A DNA stretch of 36,045 bases from a virus. The number at the start of each line of letters is the position of its first letter. Position 1 is the stretch's first letter. A program made the position numbers and the translations under genes. Below the pieces are notes generated by a model. The model did no database searches. It saw only the letters and a list, made by a program, of their open reading frames with translations, and was not told where the DNA came from. Location of the stretch: positions 1 to 36,045 of the IMG/VR virus record IMGVR_UViG_3300031965_000093. One strand, 5' to 3'. Below, piece after piece: positions 23,226-33,135 of this stretch.

Positions 23226-25083
23226 AGATTTACAATTAGTTCTAAAATTAAAAGATGAAGCTTCAGGGAAGTTGAAAAAGTCAGCAGATAGTATGGTTAA
23301 AACTGGAGCAAAATTGTCTTTGGCTTTTTCTGTACCTCTTGGATTAGCTGTTAAGAGTTTTATCAATGTGGCTTCCGAAGCAGAAGAGACTCAAGCAAAG
23401 TTTAATACTGTTTTCAAAGGAATAGAATCAGATGTCAATAAATGGGCAGATGAATTTGCAAATAGTGTTGGTAGAGCTAATAAAGATATAAAGTCATTTA
23501 CAGCAGGCTTATCAGATGTATTAAAACCTATGGGGTTAAGTACGAAACAAGCTTCTGAAATGTCTAAAGAGATGGTTCAACTAGCTCTTGATGTGGCGTC
23601 TTTCAACAATAGACAAGATGCAGATGTTATCAGGGCTTTTACATCTGCTTTAACTGGAGAAAGAGAAAGTCTAAAAACTCTTGGTATTGTTATAAGTGAA
23701 GCAGATGTCCAACAAGAAGCTTATAATTCTGGTTTAGCTAGAGTTGGAGAAACATTATCTAAAACAGCAAAGGCACAGGCAACAATGAATCTTTTGTTTA
23801 AAAATTCAAAAGATGCACAAGGTGATTTATTAAGAACAAGTGATAGTTTCGCAAACAAAACAAAGGCTTTATCTGCACAAATAACTAACCTAAAAGAAAA
23901 ACTTGGAAATGAATTGCTACCTACTGCTGTTAAAATTGTTGACAAATTAAGTAAGATGACAGATTGGGCTTTTAAATTAGATGGTAATACAAAAGATTTA
24001 GTTAAATCATTCATAGTATTTGTAGGAGTATTAGGTCCGGTTAATTTAGCTCTCGGAGGAATGTTGAAGGTTGGATTACCTTTAATAGCTTTTACTAAAA
24101 GTTTAACTACTTCTGTTGTAGGTTTGAGAACAGCTTTATCATTAACAGGTGGAGTGCTTACTGTTTTTATTGCAAGTGCAACTGCTTTAGGGACATACTT
24201 AACTTCAAAGATAAATTCATCTTATGATGAAATAATAGGTAACCTAGAAAAAACAGGGAATCAAGCAGATGCTCTTAGGGAAAAACTTATTTCTGCAAGA
24301 AGCCCCATAAAAGATTTAACAGGAGAATTATCCGAAATGGGAAATGTATCTAAAGAAACAGCAGATAAGATTAAAAATCTTGAGAAAGAAATATCAAATA
24401 CAATAAAAGATGAATCTAATAACCAAGCAAAATACAAAACTGATTTAGCAGAAGCAATAATAGAACAAGAAGATAAGGTTGCAGAACTTACAAAGCAAGT
24501 AAAAGAAAAATCTGCAGAAGCTTCTAAGACAACAATAAATTCTCAAGCACAGGAGGAACTAGCTATATTGAAAGATAAACTAGCACAGGAGGAAACAGCT
24601 TTACAAACAGCTAAAGAACAGAAACTTGGAATACAGACAGAACTTACAGAAGCTAGAAGGAGAGCAGAGCTTACTGATTTTGAATTAAAAGTTGAAAATC
24701 TTAATAAACAAAGAGAATTAGACCAAAAACAATTTATAGAGAAATTGGCATTACAACAAGCAGAACTTACAGCTTTGAGGTCTGCTAATAAAGAGGTTGA
24801 GCAAGTGCAAAAAGATACGACAAAAGTCATAAATGATGAGTATGAAAAGAGGGCTGTCAAATCAGAGGAATCAGCACGGAGACAGATAAGAGCAAATGCA
24901 AGTGTTGTTGGTATATCTCAACTTCCCGGACTTCAAACAATCGCACCAAGAGAAACAAGATTACAAGGAGTAATAAGTGGAGGATTAAACGTAACAGTAA
25001 ACGGAGATGTTTCAGGGGAAGATCTAATAAGTAAAGTCGGAAATAGTATAATGAATCAATTAAGGGGTAATCAAAAACTATAA
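23212..25083 (+). CDS. Tape measure protein
   Basis: 623 aa with the N-terminal TMP motif region (FNTVFKGIESDVNKWADEFANSVGR...), central TM-like segments and a long coiled coil. Confidence 0.85.
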   Translation: MAENRDLQLVLKLKDEASGKLKKSADSMVKTGAKLSLAFSVPLGLAVKSFINVASEAEETQAKFNTVFKGIESDVNKWADEFANSVGRANKDIKSFTAGLSDVLKPMGLSTKQASEMSKEMVQLALDVASFNNRQDADVIRAFTSALTGERESLKTLGIVISEADVQQEAYNSGLARVGETLSKTAKAQATMNLLFKNSKDAQGDLLRTSDSFANKTKALSAQITNLKEKLGNELLPTAVKIVDKLSKMTDWAFKLDGNTKDLVKSFIVFVGVLGPVNLALGGMLKVGLPLIAFTKSLTTSVVGLRTALSLTGGVLTVFIASATALGTYLTSKINSSYDEIIGNLEKTGNQADALREKLISARSPIKDLTGELSEMGNVSKETADKIKNLEKEISNTIKDESNNQAKYKTDLAEAIIEQEDKVAELTKQVKEKSAEASKTTINSQAQEELAILKDKLAQEETALQTAKEQKLGIQTELTEARRRAELTDFELKVENLNKQRELDQKQFIEKLALQQAELTALRSANKEVEQVQKDTTKVINDEYEKRAVKSEESARRQIRANASVVGISQLPGLQTIAPRETRLQGVISGGLNVTVNGDVSGEDLISKVGNSIMNQLRGNQKL

Positions 25084-26576
25084 TGAGTATTACAGTAAAA
25101 ATAAATACAGTTGACAGGACAAGTAATATAAAATACGAATCTTTAAGTGTTGTTCAAAGACTTACATCTCAAGTAGATACTGCAAAATTTAAAATAATAA
25201 AAGCAGGAGATAAAACTTTTGTCCCATCTTATGATGATGATGTAGAAATTAAAGATGGTTCTACTATTATTTTTACAGGAAAGATAACTCAAATCGAAGA
25301 TGATTCATTTAGTCAGGCAGGGGGTGTTGTTTATAATGTTAGTTGTATAGATAACACTTACGAATTTGACAAAATACTAGCTTCTAAGACATACGAGGGG
25401 CAAACGATAGCATATATCATAGATGACATTGTAACCTCGTATGCAAGCGGTTTTACTTCAAATAATGCTACTTCTGATTTTGTAATAGAAAGAATTGTAT
25501 TTAACCAAGTGCCATTATCTACTTGCTTAAAAAGACTAGCAGATATTGTGCAATATGATTGGTATATTGATGTCGATAAAGATGTTCATTTTTTCCCAAA
25601 AGAAACAGAATCAGCACCTTTTGATTTAACGGATACAAACGGAAATTATGTTTATAAAACGCTAAAAAGAACAACTGATGGTTCTCAGGTAGTAAATAGG
25701 GTTAAAGTAAGAGGGGGAGAATATGAGGGCGATACTTATACAGATGAAATTGTTGTTAACGGTAACACATCAAAATCTTTTCAATTACCATATAAATTTG
25801 CTAATTTAACCATAAAATTAAATACAGTTTCTCAAAATATTGGTATTGATTTTATTGATGATTTTACGGTGGTTGATGTTTTATATAACTTCGCAGAGAA
25901 AACGATAAGATTTGAAAATCCTTTATCAGATTCGGATGTTATAGAATTTTCAGGTAACCCAAAAGTGCCAGTATTTGCTATTGCAGAAGACCCAACAAGT
26001 ATTGCAAGTTATGGAGTTATAGAAAAATTGCTAAGAGATAATAATATTAAGAGTAATGAAGTAGCTAGAAAAAGAGCCTCTGCTGAATTATATGCTTATG
26101 CCGAGCCAGTCGTTGATGCTCGTTTCTATACTTATCAAAGCGGATTAAATGTTGGAATGACAATAAATATCCAAAGTGATTTAAGGGGTGTAGATGAAAA
26201 TTTGATAATCAAAAAAATTGATTTTAAAATGATTGACCCTAATACATTTGGTTATCAGGTAGAATGTGTAAGCACAAAAAGACAAGATTTGATTGATTTG
26301 TTGCAGAAAATAATTGAACCAGAGCCAATGGATGCTGATGAAAGAGAGGTATCGGAACAGATATTTACAGACACAAAAGTTGTTGAGATAACAGAAGAAA
26401 TAACAAATGTAACGGCACAAGACGGAGACGAGGATATGGAAATTGCAGAGAATTATGTATTAGATCCATTCGGTGCAAATACAAATGCGATCTATGTTTT
26501 AGCACCATATACCCCATCAAGTCAGTTAGATACTAAAAGGGAAGGTCGTTTGGATATTTCAATGTTATTAACATAG
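25083..26576 (+). CDS. Tail tip/baseplate structural protein (distal tail/hub-like)
   Basis: 497 aa with an ATGA-type junction to the tape measure. Assigned by synteny only. Confidence 0.4.
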   Translation: MSITVKINTVDRTSNIKYESLSVVQRLTSQVDTAKFKIIKAGDKTFVPSYDDDVEIKDGSTIIFTGKITQIEDDSFSQAGGVVYNVSCIDNTYEFDKILASKTYEGQTIAYIIDDIVTSYASGFTSNNATSDFVIERIVFNQVPLSTCLKRLADIVQYDWYIDVDKDVHFFPKETESAPFDLTDTNGNYVYKTLKRTTDGSQVVNRVKVRGGEYEGDTYTDEIVVNGNTSKSFQLPYKFANLTIKLNTVSQNIGIDFIDDFTVVDVLYNFAEKTIRFENPLSDSDVIEFSGNPKVPVFAIAEDPTSIASYGVIEKLLRDNNIKSNEVARKRASAELYAYAEPVVDARFYTYQSGLNVGMTINIQSDLRGVDENLIIKKIDFKMIDPNTFGYQVECVSTKRQDLIDLLQKIIEPEPMDADEREVSEQIFTDTKVVEITEEITNVTAQDGDEDMEIAENYVLDPFGANTNAIYVLAPYTPSSQLDTKREGRLDISMLLT

Positions 26577-26612
26577 ACACAATAATTATTATTCGCTATA
26601 ATTTAATCAAAC

Positions 26613-26637
26613 AATCCTAGTGGAAAAACCAACGGAT
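26613..26637 (+). promoter_or_regulatory. Conserved 25-nt element, copy 2
   Basis: aatcctagtggaaaaaccaacggat lies in the 82-bp gap upstream of 26659. See 14904-14928. Confidence 0.5.
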
Positions 26638-26658
26638 TAGATTAAAAAACTAATTCAT

Positions 26659-27219
26659 ATGGAAAAAAACTCAAAAGAAAAATCAGGTGTAAAAGGAGAA
26701 TATACTTTTTTCTCCATTTCTGACTGGGTTAAAGAAAACTCAAAAGAAATTTCTCTATTAAGGGAATATATAAAAACAGGTAATAAAAATATTATAGAAA
26801 ATCTGAAAAAATCAGGTGCTATTTTAAATGTTCAAACAAAAACAAACCTAATCCCAACAACAGGGTTTAATGTTTTAACAAGATTACTTTCAGGAGATAC
26901 AACATATTCAGGAGAGGTTGATTATGGAGCTATTGGAACAGGAGTAAGTCCATCTTTTACGGTAGCTAGCACACAATTAGTTTCAGAACAATTTAGAAAA
27001 CAAGCATCTTCTCAAAGTTATGATGATAATATCGCTTATATTGATTGGTTTATTGCCAGTGGAGATGTAGCTGATGATACTTATACAGAATTTGGTGCAT
27101 TTATCGATGGCTCTGCGAGTGCAGATTCAGGTCAAGCTTGGTCGTTGCTTGCAACAGGGAACTGGATTAAGAGTGGTAGTATATTTATATCAGCAAAGTA
27201 TACTCTAACTAACGCATAA
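26659..27219 (+). CDS. Hypothetical virion/tail protein (186 aa)
   Basis: Track ORF in the tail module. No family recognised. Confidence 0.5.
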   Translation: MEKNSKEKSGVKGEYTFFSISDWVKENSKEISLLREYIKTGNKNIIENLKKSGAILNVQTKTNLIPTTGFNVLTRLLSGDTTYSGEVDYGAIGTGVSPSFTVASTQLVSEQFRKQASSQSYDDNIAYIDWFIASGDVADDTYTEFGAFIDGSASADSGQAWSLLATGNWIKSGSIFISAKYTLTNA

Positions 27220-27223
27220 CACT

Positions 27224-28330
27224 ATGAGTGAAATAAAACAAGATTGGTCTCCCGGAGACACATTAAATGCTAGCGATTTAAATTCAAACTTTGATCAATT
27301 ACAAAGTCGCTATAAAAAAGAATTTACCTCTGGTGAAGATATAACAAAAGGACAGGCTGTTTATTTAAAAGGAAACTCGGCTATTGATTTAGAATTATCA
27401 TCTAGTCAATATTTAAGTATTTCAGATGGTTCACAGACAGGATTAGATTTAAGTAGTGATTTTACTTTTGAATGTTGGATTAAGTTAGAACAGCTACCAA
27501 GTACAGCAGGTACTAACTTTTCTATTATAACTAAAAATAATGACTGGGATGCAGCAATAGACAGAGGTTTTCAATTTTGGATAAATTCTTCTGATATTTT
27601 AGGATGTTGGATAACTGGAATTACAACAACTCAATCATCATATTCAACAATGGATGAAGCTTTTGATGGTGATGATGTTGGTGTTTGGATACATCTTGCT
27701 GTTTCGTGGGATGCTTCTGCATCAGAATATGTATTTTATAAAAATGGAGTATTAAAGGGGGGTACATCAATTTCATCAACAGCAAATAATATAAGAAACT
27801 CTACTGGTTCATTTTTAATTGGTTCTACTTATGGTACTGGAGCAAATAAGTTTTTCTTTGATGGAATGATAGACGAAGTGAGAGTATGGAGTGATATTCG
27901 GACAATAACTGAGATAAACACAAATAAAGATGTTGAATTAATTGGGACAGAGGATAATTTGGTTGGTTATTGGAATTTTAATAATAATTTGTTAGATGTG
28001 ACTTCAAATAATAATGATTTAACAAATAATGGTTCAGCAGTGTTTAGTATTTTAGTTCCTTTCTCTACAGGAGATAAAATATTTAAAGCAAGTTCGGCTA
28101 ATATAAATACAAGTGATAATTTTATAGGATTTGCAGAAGAAACAACCTTAGCAGGAGTATCTACTAAAGTTGTTATTGGTGGTCTAGTTACAGGTTTAAC
28201 AGATATCATATTATCTCATTATTATCTAGCAGATACTGCTGGAACAATAGATACGACTGCTGGATCTGTAACAAGAAAAGTAGGTATAGGTATTTCAGAG
28301 ACAGAATTAATAATAACCAACATCTGGTAG
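27224..28330 (+). CDS. LamG/concanavalin-A-like lectin domain tail protein (receptor-binding candidate)
   Basis: DFTFECWIKLEQLPS, FSIITKNN, WIHLAVSWDASASEYVFYKNGVL, FFDGMIDEVRVWSD. This is the Laminin_G_3-type pattern. Confidence 0.7.
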   Translation: MSEIKQDWSPGDTLNASDLNSNFDQLQSRYKKEFTSGEDITKGQAVYLKGNSAIDLELSSSQYLSISDGSQTGLDLSSDFTFECWIKLEQLPSTAGTNFSIITKNNDWDAAIDRGFQFWINSSDILGCWITGITTTQSSYSTMDEAFDGDDVGVWIHLAVSWDASASEYVFYKNGVLKGGTSISSTANNIRNSTGSFLIGSTYGTGANKFFFDGMIDEVRVWSDIRTITEINTNKDVELIGTEDNLVGYWNFNNNLLDVTSNNNDLTNNGSAVFSILVPFSTGDKIFKASSANINTSDNFIGFAEETTLAGVSTKVVIGGLVTGLTDIILSHYYLADTAGTIDTTAGSVTRKVGIGISETELIITNIW

Positions 28331-28348
28331 CTTAGTCAATATTACAAT

Positions 28349-28630
28349 ATGAAAGAAACAAGATTTTACAAAAAGAAATTAACAGCAACGACAACACAGC
28401 AAAGTTTAAACTTTGAAGATTTAGGAGTGCGTCTGGCAAAATACAGTATTTTAAACTATGGAGACAACGAAGTTTATATCGAGCCAGATAATGATATTGA
28501 TAACGATAGTGTATTATTGCCGATTGGTTCTAATATAGATCTCGGCCCGGATAATCTTTCTTTACAATATAAATCAGTTTCGGGTGAATCTACATTATAT
28601 TTAACAGGAATTAAACACGTCAAATCTTAA
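28349..28630 (+). CDS. Hypothetical protein (93 aa)
   Basis: Track ORF in the tail module. Confidence 0.5.
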   Translation: MKETRFYKKKLTATTTQQSLNFEDLGVRLAKYSILNYGDNEVYIEPDNDIDNDSVLLPIGSNIDLGPDNLSLQYKSVSGESTLYLTGIKHVKS

Positions 28631-28631
28631 A

Positions 28632-29120
28632 ATGATAAATCTAGCAACAATTAAAAAATATGTAAATGATTTAATTATTAAGTTAGATGAGGTTATTACA
28701 GCTCTCGGTAATATAGAAATAGATACAGAAGGTATTGATTTAAACACTGACGAAATAGAAGGTAAACTTGATATCTTAAATGCTACAGATTTCTCAACCT
28801 CAGAAAAGCAAGATGATATTATTGCCAAATTGGCGGAAGTTATTGATACCCCTGAATTTTTCGAGGATACTTCTTTCGTCACTGGGGATAGCCCTGTAAC
28901 ACTTGACCTAAACACTGCTCTTGGAAGAAACGCCACACAAGGGTATATCATCAATGACGGAGCTGGCAATTTCACTGTGTCTTTCTCAACTGACGGAATA
29001 GCTTTCGGTGATGCGATTACAATGAAGAAAAATGAGATTTTAGAATTTGAAAAAATAAGCGTTGATTCTATAAAAATAACTTGGGTAAGCGACAGTGCTT
29101 ATCGTGTTTCAGTGATATGA
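28632..29120 (+). CDS. Hypothetical protein (162 aa)
   Basis: Track ORF. ATGA overlap with the fibre gene. Confidence 0.5.
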   Translation: MINLATIKKYVNDLIIKLDEVITALGNIEIDTEGIDLNTDEIEGKLDILNATDFSTSEKQDDIIAKLAEVIDTPEFFEDTSFVTGDSPVTLDLNTALGRNATQGYIINDGAGNFTVSFSTDGIAFGDAITMKKNEILEFEKISVDSIKITWVSDSAYRVSVI

Positions 29121-31291
29121 TAAAACTAAAAAAACAATTTATAGATGACCATTCACTGCTAGATAATCTTGCAGTAGATGACCACACCCAATACGCTCTC
29201 CTCGCAGGTAGGGCAGGTGGGCAGACTTTAATCGGGGGAACAGCTAGCGGAGAGAATCTCATATTGCAATCCACTTCTCACGCCACTAAAGGCAAAATCC
29301 TTTTTGGCACTTCGGCTTATGATGAGGTGAATAACAGGTTGGGGATTGGTGAAACAGCCCCAGGGGCACAACTTCAAGTCAATGCAGTCACTGCTTCAGT
29401 AATTGCTCAAATCATCAAAGGTGCAACATCTCAATCTGCTAACTTATCTGAATGGAGAAATTCAACAGGTACTGTTCTAACAAGAGTCTCACCAACAGGA
29501 ATAATCAGCTCTGGTAGCGGAGTTACTGATATTCTTAAACTTCAAGGAACTTCTGGAAATGGAACAGCGACAAGTCCAGCCATTCAATATCTAGTCGGAA
29601 ATAATGGGGCGACTATTGCAGGAACTTTTTTAAATAATGGAAATTTTGGCTTGGATACTGTTGCACCAAGTGAAATACTTTCTTTCGGAAATGCTCAAGC
29701 TAGGAAGATTTGGATTGAAACTACTGATTATAACACTGTCGGTAGGGAATTGACTGTTTCAGCTGGGAGTACCATAAATACTGACCCATCTGATGGTACT
29801 TTTAATTCTCTTAATCAAACAGTCCGTCAATGGTATGGTGTTGCTTCCGCACCTAACGGAGATATTTATGCTTGTGTTTATAATGGCGACATCTACATGC
29901 AGACTGGCGGAACAGGGGACTTTATAGCTTTAAGCCAAACAACTAGGGCATGGCAAGTAATAGCAGCTGCTCCAAATGGTGATGTTTATTGTGCTGATGC
30001 TGGTAGAGATATTTACAAACAAACTGGTGGCACAGGTAACTTTATCGCTCTTGGGCAAACTAATAGAAACTGGAAAGGATTAACAGTCAATCCAATTACA
30101 GGTGATGTTTATGCTTGTGTTCAGAATGGAGATATTTATATGCAAACCGCTGGGGCTGGTAATTTTAACGCTCTAAGCCAGACTGCTAGAAATTATTGGG
30201 GTATGGCTGTCAATCCGCTCACGGGTGATGTTTATGTTGGGGTGTATGGTGGTGATATTTATATGCAAACAGGTGGCACAGGTACTTTCAATGCTTTAGG
30301 GCAAACTAATAGAGCCTGGTTTGGATTAGGTTCTGACCCTAGTGGAAATATCTATGCAACTGTTGACGGAATAAATATATTTAAACAAACAGATGGAAGT
30401 GGTGCGTTTGTTTCTTTAAATCAAACAGCTAGACAGTGGTATGGTATCGCTGGTGCACCAAATGGTGATGTTTATGCTACAGTATGGAATAGTGGTAATA
30501 TTTATAGACTAAACGCTTTATCAGGTGGTACTGCAGACCTTGCAGGTGGAGACTTAATCCTTTCATCTGGACAAGGCAAAGGAACGGGCACAAGTACGGT
30601 TTATATAAAAACAGGAACGACTCTCACCACTGGCACATCACTGCAAACATTATCAAACAAGGTGGCTGTGTATGGAAATGGTAATACTCATTTATTATTA
30701 GACAATCAAAAACTTTTATTCGGTGCAGGGCAAGACGCTAGTATTCTTTATGACGGAACAGACTTACATATTGACTCAGCCTTAGTCGGAACTGGTATTA
30801 TTAGTTTAGATAGCGATACAAAACCCGTTGGTCGTTTAATTGTTCCTATGGGTGAAATAAACTATTTTGATACTACAGGAACAGCCATAACTATATCAAC
30901 TCAATCAGACGGCTCATCTAATATGGTGCTAGTCAATCCAACCACAGCTTTATCTTCGGGAGAATATGAATTTGATAATGGAGGGGGGAATACTGGCAGA
31001 TTAAGATACATAGGAGAAACAACGAAGATGTTCCACATTGCTTGTACAATTTCATTTTCACCAGCAACAGCAAATGATGAATTTGTTATCGGTATAGCTA
31101 AAAATGGAACTGTTATCAGTCAATCCAAAGTTATCAATATGGCGAGAGGTATCGGTGAAACCTCAAGCACTGCATTACACATTATGGCAGAATTGGCAAC
31201 TGACGATTATTTGGAATTATATGTCGGGAATCTTAGTACAACTGGAAACTTTACAATTAAAACAATTGCAATGTTTGCTATGGGATTATAA
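29117..31291 (+). CDS. Tail fibre with a conserved N-terminal anchor, six ~40-aa propeller-like repeats, and a C1q/TNF-like jelly-roll tip
   Basis: The track start at 29081 overlaps the upstream gene. The ATG at 29117 gives an ATGA junction (MIKLKKQF...). Motifs DDHTQYALLAGRAGGQTLIGGT, then the repeats, then a C-terminal FHIACTISF...IGIAKNG...LELYVGN...FAMG pattern. Confidence 0.75.
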   Translation: MIKLKKQFIDDHSLLDNLAVDDHTQYALLAGRAGGQTLIGGTASGENLILQSTSHATKGKILFGTSAYDEVNNRLGIGETAPGAQLQVNAVTASVIAQIIKGATSQSANLSEWRNSTGTVLTRVSPTGIISSGSGVTDILKLQGTSGNGTATSPAIQYLVGNNGATIAGTFLNNGNFGLDTVAPSEILSFGNAQARKIWIETTDYNTVGRELTVSAGSTINTDPSDGTFNSLNQTVRQWYGVASAPNGDIYACVYNGDIYMQTGGTGDFIALSQTTRAWQVIAAAPNGDVYCADAGRDIYKQTGGTGNFIALGQTNRNWKGLTVNPITGDVYACVQNGDIYMQTAGAGNFNALSQTARNYWGMAVNPLTGDVYVGVYGGDIYMQTGGTGTFNALGQTNRAWFGLGSDPSGNIYATVDGINIFKQTDGSGAFVSLNQTARQWYGIAGAPNGDVYATVWNSGNIYRLNALSGGTADLAGGDLILSSGQGKGTGTSTVYIKTGTTLTTGTSLQTLSNKVAVYGNGNTHLLLDNQKLLFGAGQDASILYDGTDLHIDSALVGTGIISLDSDTKPVGRLIVPMGEINYFDTTGTAITISTQSDGSSNMVLVNPTTALSSGEYEFDNGGGNTGRLRYIGETTKMFHIACTISFSPATANDEFVIGIAKNGTVISQSKVINMARGIGETSSTALHIMAELATDDYLELYVGNLSTTGNFTIKTIAMFAMGL
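29801..30529 (+). repeat. Six tandem ~120-bp coding repeats (consensus F-x-A-L-x-Q-T-x-R-x-W-x-G-[ILV]-A-x-x-P-x-G-D-[IV]-Y-A-x-V-x-x-G-D-I-Y-x-Q-T-G-G-T-G)
   Basis: Read from the translation: FNSLNQTVRQWYGVASAPNGDIYACVYNGDIYMQTGGTGD, followed by five further diverged copies. Confidence 0.8.
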
Positions 31292-31310
31292 ATTAATAAT
31301 AAAAAAATAT

Positions 31311-31637
31311 ATGGCGTTATTGAAAACAAAAATAATAGAAAGAGGGGAACAAGTAACTTACTGGCGATGGATACAACAAAATCGTTCTGACATAAATAAA
31401 GATTGTCATTATGTCTTAGGAGGCTGGAAAGATAAAGCAGAAAGAGATACTTACCCTCATCAACCAAGGATTCAGCAAAGCTTTAACTTTAATGGAGAGG
31501 AATATCCATTTTCAATCGAAGCCTTGAGTGAGGACGGAAAGAATGACTGCTGTATAGCTTACGAGAAAGTGAAAGAAAGCAAGCTGGATGAAGAAAAAAA
31601 TGAAACTAACTTTTTCGCTGATGCAGAAGACTGCTAA
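31311..31637 (+). CDS. Hypothetical protein (108 aa)
   Basis: The track ORF starts at 31104 inside the fibre gene. The in-frame ATG at 31311 (MALLKTKIIERG...) follows the fibre stop. Confidence 0.5.
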   Translation: MALLKTKIIERGEQVTYWRWIQQNRSDINKDCHYVLGGWKDKAERDTYPHQPRIQQSFNFNGEEYPFSIEALSEDGKNDCCIAYEKVKESKLDEEKNETNFFADAEDC

Positions 31638-31673
31638 AATATAAGTAGAATGAATAAATAAATTGAAACAGAC

Positions 31674-31712
31674 AAAGAAATAATATTATAAGCTAATCAA
31701 ATAAATAATATG
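31674..31712. repeat. 39-bp perfect direct repeat, copy 2
   Basis: Identical to 234-272. Here its terminal ATG is the start of 31710-31913. Confidence 0.85.
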
Positions 31713-31913
31713 GAAAAAGAATCACCAAAAGAAATAGAACTAAACGATTCAGAAATTGAAGCCTTACAAAATAAAAAGAGGAAAGCAAGAATTGAACTTT
31801 GCTCAAAAGAAATACAAGATGTTTTAGACAAGCACGAATGTGGTATCGAGGTTGAGGTTTTAATAGGAATAAATAAAATTGAACCTATCATTAAAGTTTT
31901 GAGTAAAAAATAG
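31710..31913 (+). CDS. Hypothetical small protein (67 aa)
   Basis: Track ORF. The start lies within the conserved AAATAATATG junction. Confidence 0.5.
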   Translation: MEKESPKEIELNDSEIEALQNKKRKARIELCSKEIQDVLDKHECGIEVEVLIGINKIEPIIKVLSKK

Positions 31914-31948
31914 AGTTTTAATAATTAAAATAAATTAACAATTAACAA

Positions 31949-32257
31949 ATGGAAGAAAAAAATTATCAAAAAGAAATAGATGAACATCACGATGAATTAA
32001 GAATGCGTGGAGATAGTGAAATTAAAAACCTAAGAGATAGGTTTGATAGACACTTAGAAATCTATGCTCAAAATGGCAAAGAATTGGCTGGATTAAAGGC
32101 TGAAGTTTCTGGTCTAAGGGAAGACATTAAAAGTGTAGCTGAAGGGATGATTTATAAAATAGAATTTAAACCTGTTCAGAGGTTTGTCTATGGAGTTGTT
32201 GCTCTAGCTTTGTCAACTATTTTTGTGGCATTATTTGCTTTAGTAATTAAATCTTAA
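31949..32257 (+). CDS. Tail-anchored membrane protein, XhlA-like/holin-associated (putative)
   Basis: N-terminal coiled coil plus a single C-terminal TM helix (FVYGVVALALSTIFVALFALVI). It lies directly upstream of the lysin. Confidence 0.35.
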   Translation: MEEKNYQKEIDEHHDELRMRGDSEIKNLRDRFDRHLEIYAQNGKELAGLKAEVSGLREDIKSVAEGMIYKIEFKPVQRFVYGVVALALSTIFVALFALVIKS

Positions 32258-32262
32258 AAATT

Positions 32263-33099
32263 ATGAAAATACATAAACAATACTCAACAGGAGCAAATAA
32301 ATCACCTTATGATATAAGAACATTTACTTATATACCAGATAAGGCTAACATAAAGGGAGGTAAAAAATGGGAAGAAATTGATATTGAAAATCAAAGGAGA
32401 GTCGGAATTTGTACTGGGATATCCGTTTCCATGCGTGCTAGAAAACATTTTGGTATTGATTTTTCAGATGACTTTCAATACTTAATGCAAAAAAGGTGGG
32501 AACAAAATTGGAACGAGGGTTCTTCAATCTTCGTGGCTTTAACTATTGGAAAAACTATTGGATTTCTACCACAAAGCGAATGGAAACACACGACTTTGGA
32601 AGACAGAGATTTACCTTATACAGAATACATAAAAAAACTTCAAGCGATACCAGAAGAAGAAATAAAAAGGTTATCATATATTGCTTCAAAATATAAAATA
32701 AAAGCCTATGCATCTATTCCAGTAACTCGTGATAATTTAGCAAATGCTATTGATGAACAAGGAGCTTTGCCAGTTAGATTTTCAGTAGGAAATGAATGGT
32801 GGACTGAACCTATTGAGCCATTAAGACCACCACAGAATGTTATAAGCGGACACGCAGTTAATCTAACTAATTATTATGGTGGTAGTTTTAGAATAGCAAA
32901 CTCTTGGGGGGTAAATTGGGCAGATAATGGAACAGCTTATTTTCTACTGTCGCAGTATCGTCCAACAGAAGCGTGGGGGGTTTGGTTTGCAGGTGTGCCT
33001 AAGGAAATTGAAGAACAAATTGAAAACAGGGCAACAATTATAGGGAAGATACTTGATTTATTACAACAAATTATTATTTTAGTCGCTAAATTGACTTAA
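32263..33099 (+). CDS. Papain-family (C1) cysteine peptidase, putative endolysin
   Basis: QRRVGIC (Q-x5-C spacing as in papain Q19/C25), SGHAVNL (His), and FRIANSWGVNWADNGTAYF (N-S-W-G...W...G). Confidence 0.65.
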   Translation: MKIHKQYSTGANKSPYDIRTFTYIPDKANIKGGKKWEEIDIENQRRVGICTGISVSMRARKHFGIDFSDDFQYLMQKRWEQNWNEGSSIFVALTIGKTIGFLPQSEWKHTTLEDRDLPYTEYIKKLQAIPEEEIKRLSYIASKYKIKAYASIPVTRDNLANAIDEQGALPVRFSVGNEWWTEPIEPLRPPQNVISGHAVNLTNYYGGSFRIANSWGVNWADNGTAYFLLSQYRPTEAWGVWFAGVPKEIEEQIENRATIIGKILDLLQQIIILVAKLT

Positions 33100-33135
33100 A
33101 ATTTGTTGAAAGTTTATTAGTTAATAAAATAGATT

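Noticed and set aside
23085-23366. Minus-strand 93-aa ORF across the chaperone/tape-measure junction
   Set aside because: The region is better explained by the -1 frameshift extension of the chaperone and by the tape-measure start on the + strand.
27224-31291. Diversity-generating retroelement targeting the lectin-like or fibre genes
   Set aside because: The genome has no reverse transcriptase ORF. I also found no template/variable repeat pair with adenine-specific mismatches.
31104-31310. Upstream part of track ORF 31104-31637
   Set aside because: It overlaps the fibre gene in another frame. The ATG at 31311, after the fibre stop, is the sensible start.
32496-32696. + strand 66-aa ORF inside the C1 peptidase gene
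   Set aside because: It is an alternative frame within a gene that has clear catalytic motifs, and its basic low-complexity translation is not gene-like.
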